Origin: a virus
Length of the DNA: 64,000 bases
Virus record (IMG/VR): IMGVR_UViG_3300035698_018475
Span: 32,001 to 96,000 of that record
Strand: one strand, 5' to 3'
The notes below the pieces were generated by a model that saw only the letters and a program-made list of their open reading frames with translations, was not told the DNA's origin and did no database searches. Shown here in pieces: positions 56,345 to 64,000 of this stretch; within the stretch, counting starts at the first letter, position 1, and every line of letters starts with the position of its first letter. The position numbers and the translations under genes are program-made.

Positions 56345-57129
56345 GCAAACCATTGGTTAGTATATATGCTGCGGCAATACGTCCTCAATTGTGGATGAGA
56401 TTGTATGAATCATTACAGAAGAATAATACTGTTGATTTTGAACTTGTACTTGTAGGTCATATACCCCCAACTTTTAATCTACCGGGTAATATGATACATA
56501 TCAATTCTGGAGTTAAGCCTATACAATGTGCTGAAATAGGATTTAGAGCTTGTAAGGGGGATTTCTGTATCTTAGGATTCGATGACCTCATTTTTTGGGA
56601 TGGGTGTTTAGATATTTTATATGAAAAGTTTATGGCAGTGGGTAGCGATTGGTTTCTCCCATGCTGTACACAGTGTAATCCGTGGGATGTTCCACTTACT
56701 CCTCTCGATATGAGATTTTGGGCTGGTATTGAATCCTCACCTATACTTCCCATTTGTGGTATGTATAAAAGGAGTATACTCGAAAGTATAGGTCCTAGAG
56801 ATCGAAACTTTGTCCGCTCTTATGCTGATGTGGATCTGGCTATGAGATTTTATGGACAGGGTGGGAGAGCCGAGATTTTTGAAGTTGCTAAAGTAACTGA
56901 AAGACCTATAGATGCTACATTTGATTCTGGTTTGAATTGGTTGGGATCACAGAGAGATGGACCATATTTGAGAGATCTTTGGACTGTGATTAACCCTGAA
57001 AAGGATTGGCCTATTTATTGTTCTAATGGTGAGTCACATATTTCTAAAGTAAGATTACGTCCAGTTGAACCTTTTGAAGGGGATTTGTTACTTAAATCAC
57101 AAGGAGTAAATGATGGTGATTGGCAGTGA
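56341..57129 (+). CDS. GT2-fold glycosyltransferase, paralogue 4 of 9
   Basis: KPLVSIY, FELVLVG, KPIQC, FDD, DVDLAMR, RPVEPF...SQG. Confidence 0.75.
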   Translation: MSKPLVSIYAAAIRPQLWMRLYESLQKNNTVDFELVLVGHIPPTFNLPGNMIHINSGVKPIQCAEIGFRACKGDFCILGFDDLIFWDGCLDILYEKFMAVGSDWFLPCCTQCNPWDVPLTPLDMRFWAGIESSPILPICGMYKRSILESIGPRDRNFVRSYADVDLAMRFYGQGGRAEIFEVAKVTERPIDATFDSGLNWLGSQRDGPYLRDLWTVINPEKDWPIYCSNGESHISKVRLRPVEPFEGDLLLKSQGVNDGDWQ

Positions 57130-57880
57130 AAAACCTTTAGTCAGCGTTTATCTACCGGCAATTAGACCACACTGGTGGATGCGTATGCATGAATCATTGC
57201 AGAGTAATAAGGATGTGGATTTTGAACTTATTTTTGTGGGTCATGTTCCTCCAGACTATGTTCTACCAGGTAATTGGACTTATATCAATTCTTCTGTCAA
57301 ACCGGCCCAATGTGCAGAGATAGGTTTTAGAGCCTGTAAAGGTGAGTTTTGTATGGCACTTGCTGATGATATTGTATTTGGTGAGAGGTGTTTGGACATA
57401 TTGTATAATAAGTTTATGTCTCTCAATAATGATTTGCTAGTGGTATCTTGCATACATCATGCCGGAGGGAAGGCTCTACCAAAAGAAACCAGTACTTTCA
57501 TTCCCGGCAGAGCGGATACTCCTAATCATCCAATCGGAGGTATGCTTAAGACTGAGGTATGTAGATCTTTAGGACCTAGAGATAGGAATTTTGTTTGTAC
57601 CTATTCCGATGCTGATATAATCTTTCGATTGTATGCTTTAGGAGGTCAAAGTGTGATTTGTGATGAAGCTCATGTTCATGAAGTAAATCCTCCCGATACA
57701 AAATTTGACTCAGGATTGAACTGGATAGGTAAAGATATAGATTGGCCACTGATGTTAAGTTTGTGGTTTGATGGGAATACCTATATAGTTAATAGGAAAC
57801 GTCCTGTTGAACCTTTTGTAGATCAAGATCTTTTAACTATCTCTCAAGGTCCTAAAGGACCAGAAGGAAGGTGGGTATGA
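57113..57880 (+). CDS. GT2-fold glycosyltransferase, paralogue 5 of 9
   Basis: AAGGAG RBS; same motifs; ends SQGPKGPEGRWV. Confidence 0.75.
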   Translation: MVIGSEKPLVSVYLPAIRPHWWMRMHESLQSNKDVDFELIFVGHVPPDYVLPGNWTYINSSVKPAQCAEIGFRACKGEFCMALADDIVFGERCLDILYNKFMSLNNDLLVVSCIHHAGGKALPKETSTFIPGRADTPNHPIGGMLKTEVCRSLGPRDRNFVCTYSDADIIFRLYALGGQSVICDEAHVHEVNPPDTKFDSGLNWIGKDIDWPLMLSLWFDGNTYIVNRKRPVEPFVDQDLLTISQGPKGPEGRWV

Positions 57881-58689
57881 TGAAACCCGTAATAAGCCTA
57901 TATGTTCCAAGTATACGTCCGGAGAATTGGTTAGCTCAATATACATCTATTAAAGAAACTAATGTAGTACCTTTTGAGATTATTTATGTAGGACATGTTC
58001 CTCCACAACCAGTGGGCTTACCTCCTGAAATCATCTATATTCACTCTCCTGTTAAACCTTCTCAGTGTGCGGAGATTGGTCGTAGAGCGTGTGAAGGTGA
58101 ATTCTGTATATTTGCTCAGGATGATATCGGGTTTGGTCCAGGTACTCTGGATATCTTACTTGCTAAATTCCAAGAAATGGGGAATGATAAGGTTGTTATA
58201 TCTTGTATGCCTTACTTGAATAATGTTCCATTAGAGACTGCAAGATATAGATTTTGGGATAGTGAGAGGGGTAGTCCTATGACTCCTTTGTGTGGTCTTT
58301 ATAAGAAGAGTGTTCTTGAGCAGTTGGGTGGTATTGATAAAAACTTTATCTGTACAGCTTGGGATATTGATATAGCCATGCGGCTATTTGAAATAGGAGG
58401 GTATGGTATATTCTGTGAGGGAACTATTGCTAATGAGGTTGTCCTTCCGAACATTCCAAGATTATGTTCTTATGGGGAAAATACAGATCGTCCATATATG
58501 CAAAATTTGTGGTCCATGACTCATGAAGAATATGCTAAAGTGGATAAGAGTACATTTAAGATACATTATACTAATCCTTTACGAGTTCCTGATGGTGTTA
58601 TATGTAAGAACAGAAGAAAACCTGTTGAGAGTTTCTCTCCCATAGACATACTCGTTGTATCACAGGGGCCAAAAGATAAATGGGTATAG
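57877..58689 (+). CDS. GT2-fold glycosyltransferase, paralogue 6 of 9
   Basis: ATGA overlap; QDD, GGIDKNF, DIDIAMR. Confidence 0.75.
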   Translation: MMKPVISLYVPSIRPENWLAQYTSIKETNVVPFEIIYVGHVPPQPVGLPPEIIYIHSPVKPSQCAEIGRRACEGEFCIFAQDDIGFGPGTLDILLAKFQEMGNDKVVISCMPYLNNVPLETARYRFWDSERGSPMTPLCGLYKKSVLEQLGGIDKNFICTAWDIDIAMRLFEIGGYGIFCEGTIANEVVLPNIPRLCSYGENTDRPYMQNLWSMTHEEYAKVDKSTFKIHYTNPLRVPDGVICKNRRKPVESFSPIDILVVSQGPKDKWV

Positions 58690-58690
58690 T

Positions 58691-59701
58691 ATGGGTTATA
58701 TTAGAAGACATGTTAGGAGGAATCGTCGTACGGCTGGTCGTGGTAGTAGTACCACCGCTCGTACTCATAAGTCTTCTGTGGAGTCATCAGTAAGTGTAAA
58801 GAAAGAAGAATCAGTTATTTTGGATAGTTATATGGGAGAAGCTTTTGTAAATAAAGAAGATATAAAAATGAGTTGTAAAAAACCAGTTATCAGTATTTAT
58901 ACACCAAGTATACGACCTTGGTTTTGGGCAAGGATGTATAATTCCCTACTTTCAAGTTCCATACCATTTGAAATTATTTTTGTTGGTCCTAAAAGATCTT
59001 GTTATAAAATACCACCAAACATACATCATATTCGTTCTAATGTCAAACCAGCTCAATGTGCTGAGATTGGTTTGCGAGCTTGTAAAGGTGAATATTGTAT
59101 GTTTGCCCAGGATGATATAGTTTTTAGTAAGAACGCTTTAGATATTTTATATGAAACTGCAGTTTCAGAAGGTGATGATGTTGTAGTGTCTTGTATTCCT
59201 TTTGTTAATGGGAAGAGGTATAATACTTCCTACTACAGATTTTTTCCGGTAGAAGATAAGAATAAAATTCATAAGAAAAATAGTCCTATTATTCCTCTTT
59301 GTGGTATATATAATCTAGATGTTGTACGAGAATTGGGTGGAGTAGATAGGAATTTTATCAGTTCTTTTTGGGACATTGATTTAGTTATGAGGTTCTATGA
59401 AGCTGGTGGAAGAGCAATTTTCTCTGAATCTGCAGGAGCCAATGAAATTATTATTTCCCCATTAGGGAGATTAGGATGTGAAGGATTAAAAGATCGAACT
59501 TTAATAGAGGCATTATGGACCTTGAAGCATAAAGAGTATAATGCTTTAAGTCATACTACTAGAGAGAGTATAGAGATTATACATTTTGATCCAAACATAC
59601 ATGTTGGAATTATTCTCAAGCATAGGACTCATCCAGTCGGATCTTTTAGAGATCATAATCTTTTAACGGTTTCTCAAGGTCCAAAAGGTAGATGGGTATG
59701 A
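58691..59701 (+). CDS. GT2-fold glycosyltransferase, paralogue 7 of 9, with Arg-rich N-terminal extension (alternative start 58868)
   Basis: MGYIRRHVRRNRR... then KPVISIYTPSIRP core. Confidence 0.75.
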   Translation: MGYIRRHVRRNRRTAGRGSSTTARTHKSSVESSVSVKKEESVILDSYMGEAFVNKEDIKMSCKKPVISIYTPSIRPWFWARMYNSLLSSSIPFEIIFVGPKRSCYKIPPNIHHIRSNVKPAQCAEIGLRACKGEYCMFAQDDIVFSKNALDILYETAVSEGDDVVVSCIPFVNGKRYNTSYYRFFPVEDKNKIHKKNSPIIPLCGIYNLDVVRELGGVDRNFISSFWDIDLVMRFYEAGGRAIFSESAGANEIIISPLGRLGCEGLKDRTLIEALWTLKHKEYNALSHTTRESIEIIHFDPNIHVGIILKHRTHPVGSFRDHNLLTVSQGPKGRWV

Positions 59702-60540
59702 AACCAGTTATTAGTATATACACACCAAGTATTCACCCAGAGTTTTGGATGAATATGTACAATTCTTTACTGGGTAATTCTATCTCCTTCGAGTTGATAT
59801 TTGTTGGTCCAATTTCTCCTGATTACGATCTCCCTGCAAACATCCATCATATATATACTGAAGTCAAACCAGCTCAATGTGCAGAAATAGGTTTTAGAGC
59901 CTGTAAAGGTGAGTTCTGTATGTTTATAGCTGATGATATAACTTTTAGTGAAAATGCTTTAGGTATTTTATATGAAATCTCAGTTTCAGAAGGTGAAGAT
60001 GTTGTAGTATCTTGTGTACCATCTGTAAATGGTACACTTATTGATACTTCTTACTACAGATTCTTCCCAATAGGACCAGAATCGGTTACTCGCAAAAAAG
60101 ATAGTCCCATAACTCCTTTAGGAGGATTATATAGGAAGGATACCATAAAAGAGTTAGGAGGAATTGATAAGAACTTTGTCTCTGTTATTTGGGATTTTGA
60201 TATAGTTATGAGATTTTATGAACAGGGTGGAAGAGCAATGTTTTGTCCTCAAGCGATTGCTGATGAGACTGTCGTATGTGAGAGAAGTAGACTAATTGCC
60301 GAAGCAGCAGTAGATCGTACTTTACTGAACCATTTATGGTTGATCAATTATCACGATTATATGAGTATGAGCGAAGAGCAGATAAATGAACTTGAAGTTT
60401 GTTACGTAGATGATTACCAGATAGTGGATTCTATAGGTCATGCGGGAGTTATTCTCAAACATAGAACCCGTCCTGTTGAACCTTTTGAAGATAAAGATTT
60501 ACTAACTATATCTCAAGGACCTAAAGGAAGATGGGTATGA
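59698..60540 (+). CDS. GT2-fold glycosyltransferase, paralogue 8 of 9
   Basis: ATGA overlap; same motifs. Confidence 0.78.
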   Translation: MKPVISIYTPSIHPEFWMNMYNSLLGNSISFELIFVGPISPDYDLPANIHHIYTEVKPAQCAEIGFRACKGEFCMFIADDITFSENALGILYEISVSEGEDVVVSCVPSVNGTLIDTSYYRFFPIGPESVTRKKDSPITPLGGLYRKDTIKELGGIDKNFVSVIWDFDIVMRFYEQGGRAMFCPQAIADETVVCERSRLIAEAAVDRTLLNHLWLINYHDYMSMSEEQINELEVCYVDDYQIVDSIGHAGVILKHRTRPVEPFEDKDLLTISQGPKGRWV

Positions 60541-61373
60541 AACCTGTAATAAGTATATATGCGCCCAGTATTCACCCAGAGTTTTGGATGAATATGTACA
60601 ATTCTTTACTGGGTAATTCTATTTCGTTTGAGTTGATATTTGTTGGTCCAGCCCCTCCTGATTATACTTTGCCTCCAAATACCCATCATATTAACAGTCC
60701 TGTTAAGCCTGTACAGTGTGCAGAGATTGGTCTTAGGGCCTGTCAAGGCGAATTTTGTATGTTCATGGCTGATGATATTGTTTTCAGTGAGAAGGCTTTG
60801 GACATTTTATATGAGTTTAGTATATCATATGGTGAAGATGTAGTTGTATCTTGTGTACCGTCCCTTAATGGTAGACTTATTGATACTTCTTATTATCGTT
60901 TCTTCCCGGTTGATAATACTGGTATTCCCATCCATAGGAGAGATAGTCCTATAACTCCCATAGGAGGATTGTATAGAAAAAGTACTATAATAGAATTGGG
61001 TGGAGTAGATAGGAATTTTATCAGTTCTTTTTGGGATGTTGATTTATCTATGAGGTTTTATGAAGCTGGTGGGAAAGCACTATTTTGTCCTGCGGCGGTT
61101 GCTGATGAGATTATTCTGACTGAAAGGGGAAGATTAGCTTTACTGGGAGCAACAGATCGTCTTTTACTGGAAGAATTATGGACCATGCTTTATGATGATT
61201 ATATGGATATGAGTGAAGAAGAGAGAAGTAAAATTGAGGTTTGTCATGTTGATGAGCATTTATCAGTAGGAGTTATTCTCAAACATAGAACTCATCCAGT
61301 TGAACCTTTTGAGGATTATAATCTAATGACTGTATCACAGGGTCCTAAGGGATTAGAATGTAGATGGCCATGA
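60537..61373 (+). CDS. GT2-fold glycosyltransferase, paralogue 9 of 9
   Basis: ATGA overlap; same motifs. Confidence 0.78.
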   Translation: MKPVISIYAPSIHPEFWMNMYNSLLGNSISFELIFVGPAPPDYTLPPNTHHINSPVKPVQCAEIGLRACQGEFCMFMADDIVFSEKALDILYEFSISYGEDVVVSCVPSLNGRLIDTSYYRFFPVDNTGIPIHRRDSPITPIGGLYRKSTIIELGGVDRNFISSFWDVDLSMRFYEAGGKALFCPAAVADEIILTERGRLALLGATDRLLLEELWTMLYDDYMDMSEEERSKIEVCHVDEHLSVGVILKHRTHPVEPFEDYNLMTVSQGPKGLECRWP

Positions 61374-62791
61374 GAGTTCTTTTTGTTGTAGCACAATTAG
61401 ATTTTGCCGATCATATAGCAGTGGCTTATCTGTCTGCAGTGGCGAAGCAATTAGAATGGGATACCTCTTTTTGTAACTTAGCAACTGATGATCTTAATTG
61501 GATGTTAGCTTATTTTGCTCCAGCAGTTGTGGCTTATTCAGCAAATATCATGGGATTTAGAAAGTTGGTAGAAGCACACGAACTTGTTGCTAAATTACGG
61601 GTCCAAACAGTTTCTATCATGGGTGGTCCTCATCCAACAGTATCTCCTGAGACTTTTCTTGAGAGTGGGATGGATGCTTATTGTATAGGAGAAGGAGAAG
61701 GTGCTTTCAAAGATTTTCTTATAGCAGTAGAAAGTGGTCAACCCTTTTATGATATTCCAAATCTCATAACCAAATGTACTGCTCACCCTGGTTGGCAACA
61801 AAATGAAGTTCGTCCTACAATAAAAAATTTGGATTCCTTACCAATGCCAGATAGGGATCTAACTATTGCTAATTCTTTTCTTCGGGATGTACCTAAAAAG
61901 ACTTTTTACGCAACTCGTGGTTGTCCTTTCCAATGTAATTACTGTTGCAATAATCACTATCATAAATTATACAAAGGGAAGGGACCATTGGTTAGAAGAT
62001 TTTCAGTGGATCGTCTTATTGATGAGATCCTAGATGTTAAGTCCAAATATAGAATGGACTTCGTCAAGTTCGGGGATGATCTTTTTGCTACAAAAGCAGA
62101 TGAGTGGATGTATAAATTTGCCATTGCTTATAGTACAGAAGTGAGTATCCCTTTTAATTGCTATCTGCGTTTTGATAGGGTGGATAAAGATCTGTTAAGG
62201 TTGTTGAAGGAAGCGGGTTGCTATTCTGTTCACTTATCTGTTGATAGTACTTCTCAATATATTCGAGAAACTGTATTGAATAGGCAGATGAAGGACGTTA
62301 ATATAGTTGGTACTTTGAAGATGATACAAGATATGGGTCTGAGGAGTTGGGTGAATTTCATGCTTGCCCTTCCTGAATCTACCCTACAAAATGATTTAGA
62401 TGCTATCAAAGTTTGTAGAGAAGCAAAAGTTACTTATGCATCCTATACTACTACTGATCCCATGAGAGGTACTAAATTGTTTGATTCGTGTGTAGAGAAG
62501 GGATATATAGATAAGGATTATGAAGGGGATATGACTAAGTTATGGGAGAGGTCTCCTTTATCTTGTTTCAGTAAGAAAGAGAAGAATATAAGATACAATA
62601 TATATTTTCTCGGTTCTTTCATTACTAAACTACCCCTATCACTATATAAGTTTGGGCTGTTTCTAATAAAACATGTTCCTCCAAATCCATTATTCAGATG
62701 GATTCATAATTGGTATTATCGTTACAGTATCACACATACAATCTTTCAATTACCGAAAGGAGAGATATGGAAACTGAAGAATCAAAGTTAG
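61370..62791 (+). CDS. Cobalamin-binding radical SAM enzyme
   Basis: N-terminal B12 domain (GGPHPT, IGEGE), RGCPFQCNYC CxxxCxxC, FGDDLF. Confidence 0.9.
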   Translation: MRVLFVVAQLDFADHIAVAYLSAVAKQLEWDTSFCNLATDDLNWMLAYFAPAVVAYSANIMGFRKLVEAHELVAKLRVQTVSIMGGPHPTVSPETFLESGMDAYCIGEGEGAFKDFLIAVESGQPFYDIPNLITKCTAHPGWQQNEVRPTIKNLDSLPMPDRDLTIANSFLRDVPKKTFYATRGCPFQCNYCCNNHYHKLYKGKGPLVRRFSVDRLIDEILDVKSKYRMDFVKFGDDLFATKADEWMYKFAIAYSTEVSIPFNCYLRFDRVDKDLLRLLKEAGCYSVHLSVDSTSQYIRETVLNRQMKDVNIVGTLKMIQDMGLRSWVNFMLALPESTLQNDLDAIKVCREAKVTYASYTTTDPMRGTKLFDSCVEKGYIDKDYEGDMTKLWERSPLSCFSKKEKNIRYNIYFLGSFITKLPLSLYKFGLFLIKHVPPNPLFRWIHNWYYRYSITHTIFQLPKGEIWKLKNQS

Positions 62792-63318
62792 TGGTACAGG
62801 GAACAAAATTACCCGGAGTCCTTCTATTTAAGAGAGAGGCGTTTGAAGACCATCGTGGGAGTTATGAACCATTGTGGAATCTACCGGTATATGAAGATAT
62901 AATTCAAAAGATGTGTCATGTAAGACTATCTTTTAAGGAGGACGACATTGCAGTATCTACTAGAGGGGTTCTGCGTGGTTTACATGGGGATGATAGGACT
63001 TGGAAACTAGTAACTTGTTTGAAGGGGAAGTATTACATAATTGTTGCTTGTTATGATCAGGCATCTCCTAACTGTTTTGATTGGGAATCTTTTGTTCTAT
63101 CAGATAGTAATAAGTTACAACTATTGATTCCTCCTCATTATGGTCATGGTTATTGTGTTATGAGTGAGGAAGCTATTTTCCACTACAAGCAATCCTGTAT
63201 TTACCAGGGTATGAGTGAGCAGTTTACAATAAGATATGATGATTCCAGATTTGGTTTTTGGTGGCCTATACAAAATCCTATTTTGTCCTTAAGAGATTCG
63301 AAAGGTGAAACAGTATGA
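62767..63318 (+). CDS. rmlC: dTDP-4-dehydrorhamnose 3,5-epimerase (RmlC/RfbC family)
   Basis: FEDHRG, STRGVLRGLH, QLLIPPHYGHGY, WWP...PILSLRD. Confidence 0.88.
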   Translation: METEESKLVVQGTKLPGVLLFKREAFEDHRGSYEPLWNLPVYEDIIQKMCHVRLSFKEDDIAVSTRGVLRGLHGDDRTWKLVTCLKGKYYIIVACYDQASPNCFDWESFVLSDSNKLQLLIPPHYGHGYCVMSEEAIFHYKQSCIYQGMSEQFTIRYDDSRFGFWWPIQNPILSLRDSKGETV

Positions 63319-64000
63319 ACAAGTTTTATGAGGGAAAGAGAGTCCTAGTTACCGGAGCATCTGGATTGAGTGGATCGCATCTTATGTATTCCCTTCTAAA
63401 AGCAGGTGCTCACGTAAGAGTTGTTGAACATGTTAAACTTATTGAAGATACTGCTCCTAATCTAGAAATCTTCAAAGGTGGATTGTGCAATATAGATAGT
63501 TGTAAAGATGCTGTGAAAGACATTGATTTTGTGTTCCACTGTGCTGCAGTAACTTCTGGTGCTATGGATATAGTTAATAATCCGGCTAAACATATAACTC
63601 CCAATCTTATTATGTGCTCCAGGATGTTGGAATGTGCTGCTGCAGTGGGGGTCAAACGCTTTTTGTTCATGAGTAGTTCCACAGTGTATCCTGATTGTAC
63701 TGATGCAATGAGAGAACCAGATGCTTGGACTGAGGATGTTCATCCCGCTTACCAGGCTGTGGGATGGATGAAGAGATATGTGGAAAAGTTGTGTGAGTTC
63801 TATCATGATAGAACTGATATGAAGGTCTGTATAGTCCGTCCTGCAAACATATATGGTCCGGGAGATGATTTCGATCTGGAGACTGCACATGTACTTCCTG
63901 CACTCATTCATAAAGTAGTAAGAGGGGATAATCCTTTGGAAGTTTGGGGCACTGGGGATGATATAAGAGAATTCATTTATGTGGGAGATATAGTACGGGG
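63315..64000 (+). CDS. Second NAD-dependent epimerase/reductase (extended SDR), truncated by window end
   Basis: Not in the ORF track; my translation gives MNKFYEGKRVLVTGASGLSG...VFHCAA...MSSSTVY...VGWMKR...VRPANIYGPGDDFD...WGTGDDIREFIYVGD. Confidence 0.88.
   Translation, partial: MNKFYEGKRVLVTGASGLSGSHLMYSLLKAGAHVRVVEHVKLIEDTAPNLEIFKGGLCNIDSCKDAVKDIDFVFHCAAVTSGAMDIVNNPAKHITPNLIMCSRMLECAAAVGVKRFLFMSSSTVYPDCTDAMREPDAWTEDVHPAYQAVGWMKRYVEKLCEFYHDRTDMKVCIVRPANIYGPGDDFDLETAHVLPALIHKVVRGDNPLEVWGTGDDIREFIYVGDIVR

Noticed and set aside
365-63911. All minus-strand ORFs and short nested plus-strand ORFs in the track
   Set aside because: They lie inside well-supported + strand genes, lack RBSs and family motifs, and many are S/P/F-rich mirror images of Glu-rich coding sequence.
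1-64000. Genome-wide stop-codon reassignment (TAG read as sense)
   Set aside because: Several genes end cleanly in TAG, some with TAG TAA double stops, and long genes are intact under code 11; only one isolated in-frame TAG (31161) was found.
1-64000. tRNA/rRNA genes, integrase, transposase, reverse transcriptase, portal and terminase
   Set aside because: None recognisable; the few intergenic gaps show no cloverleaf. Portal and terminase presumably lie outside the window.

Overview
A 64-kb stretch of a large T4-superfamily myovirus (head-tail virus with contractile tail; bacterial versus archaeal host cannot be settled from this window). All credible genes are on the + strand, tightly packed, many with ATGA/TAATG overlaps; the minus-strand ORFs look like shadows. 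1-26.6 kb is a head/neck module: small acidic proteins with a shared N-terminal leader, a DUF2341/glycosidase-propeller protein, a fibre, Glu-rich modular proteins with repeated ESKK(V/I)NEQ linkers, a 1023-aa prohead protease-scaffold fusion, the major capsid protein, neck proteins, and HAD, SWIM-like and nucleotidyltransferase domains. 26.7-42.3 kb is the tail: sheath, HNH endonuclease, tube, tube initiator, assembly chaperone, tape measure, hub, spike, PAAR-like tip, gp25, gp6, gpI-like wedge and fibre/propeller genes. From 42.4 kb past the right edge lies a >21-kb glycan-biosynthesis cluster: about 15 glycosyltransferase-like genes (nine closely related GT2-fold paralogues in two tandem arrays), GDP-mannose 4,6-dehydratase, a TPP-dependent E1 alpha/beta pair without E2/E3, an SDR, two extended-SDR epimerase/reductases, RmlC, two SAM methyltransferases and a cobalamin-binding radical SAM enzyme. 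Best leads: a virus-encoded pathway for a branched-chain methylated sugar and a probable virion glycan; a canonical -1 frameshift signal at 5528; a +1 frameshift candidate in the tail chaperone; an in-frame TAG near the 5' end of the tape-measure gene; an ATT-initiated HNH flanked by 12-bp direct repeats; and a hairpin element recurring about every 21.5 kb. All family assignments come from motif recognition by eye; no searches were run.
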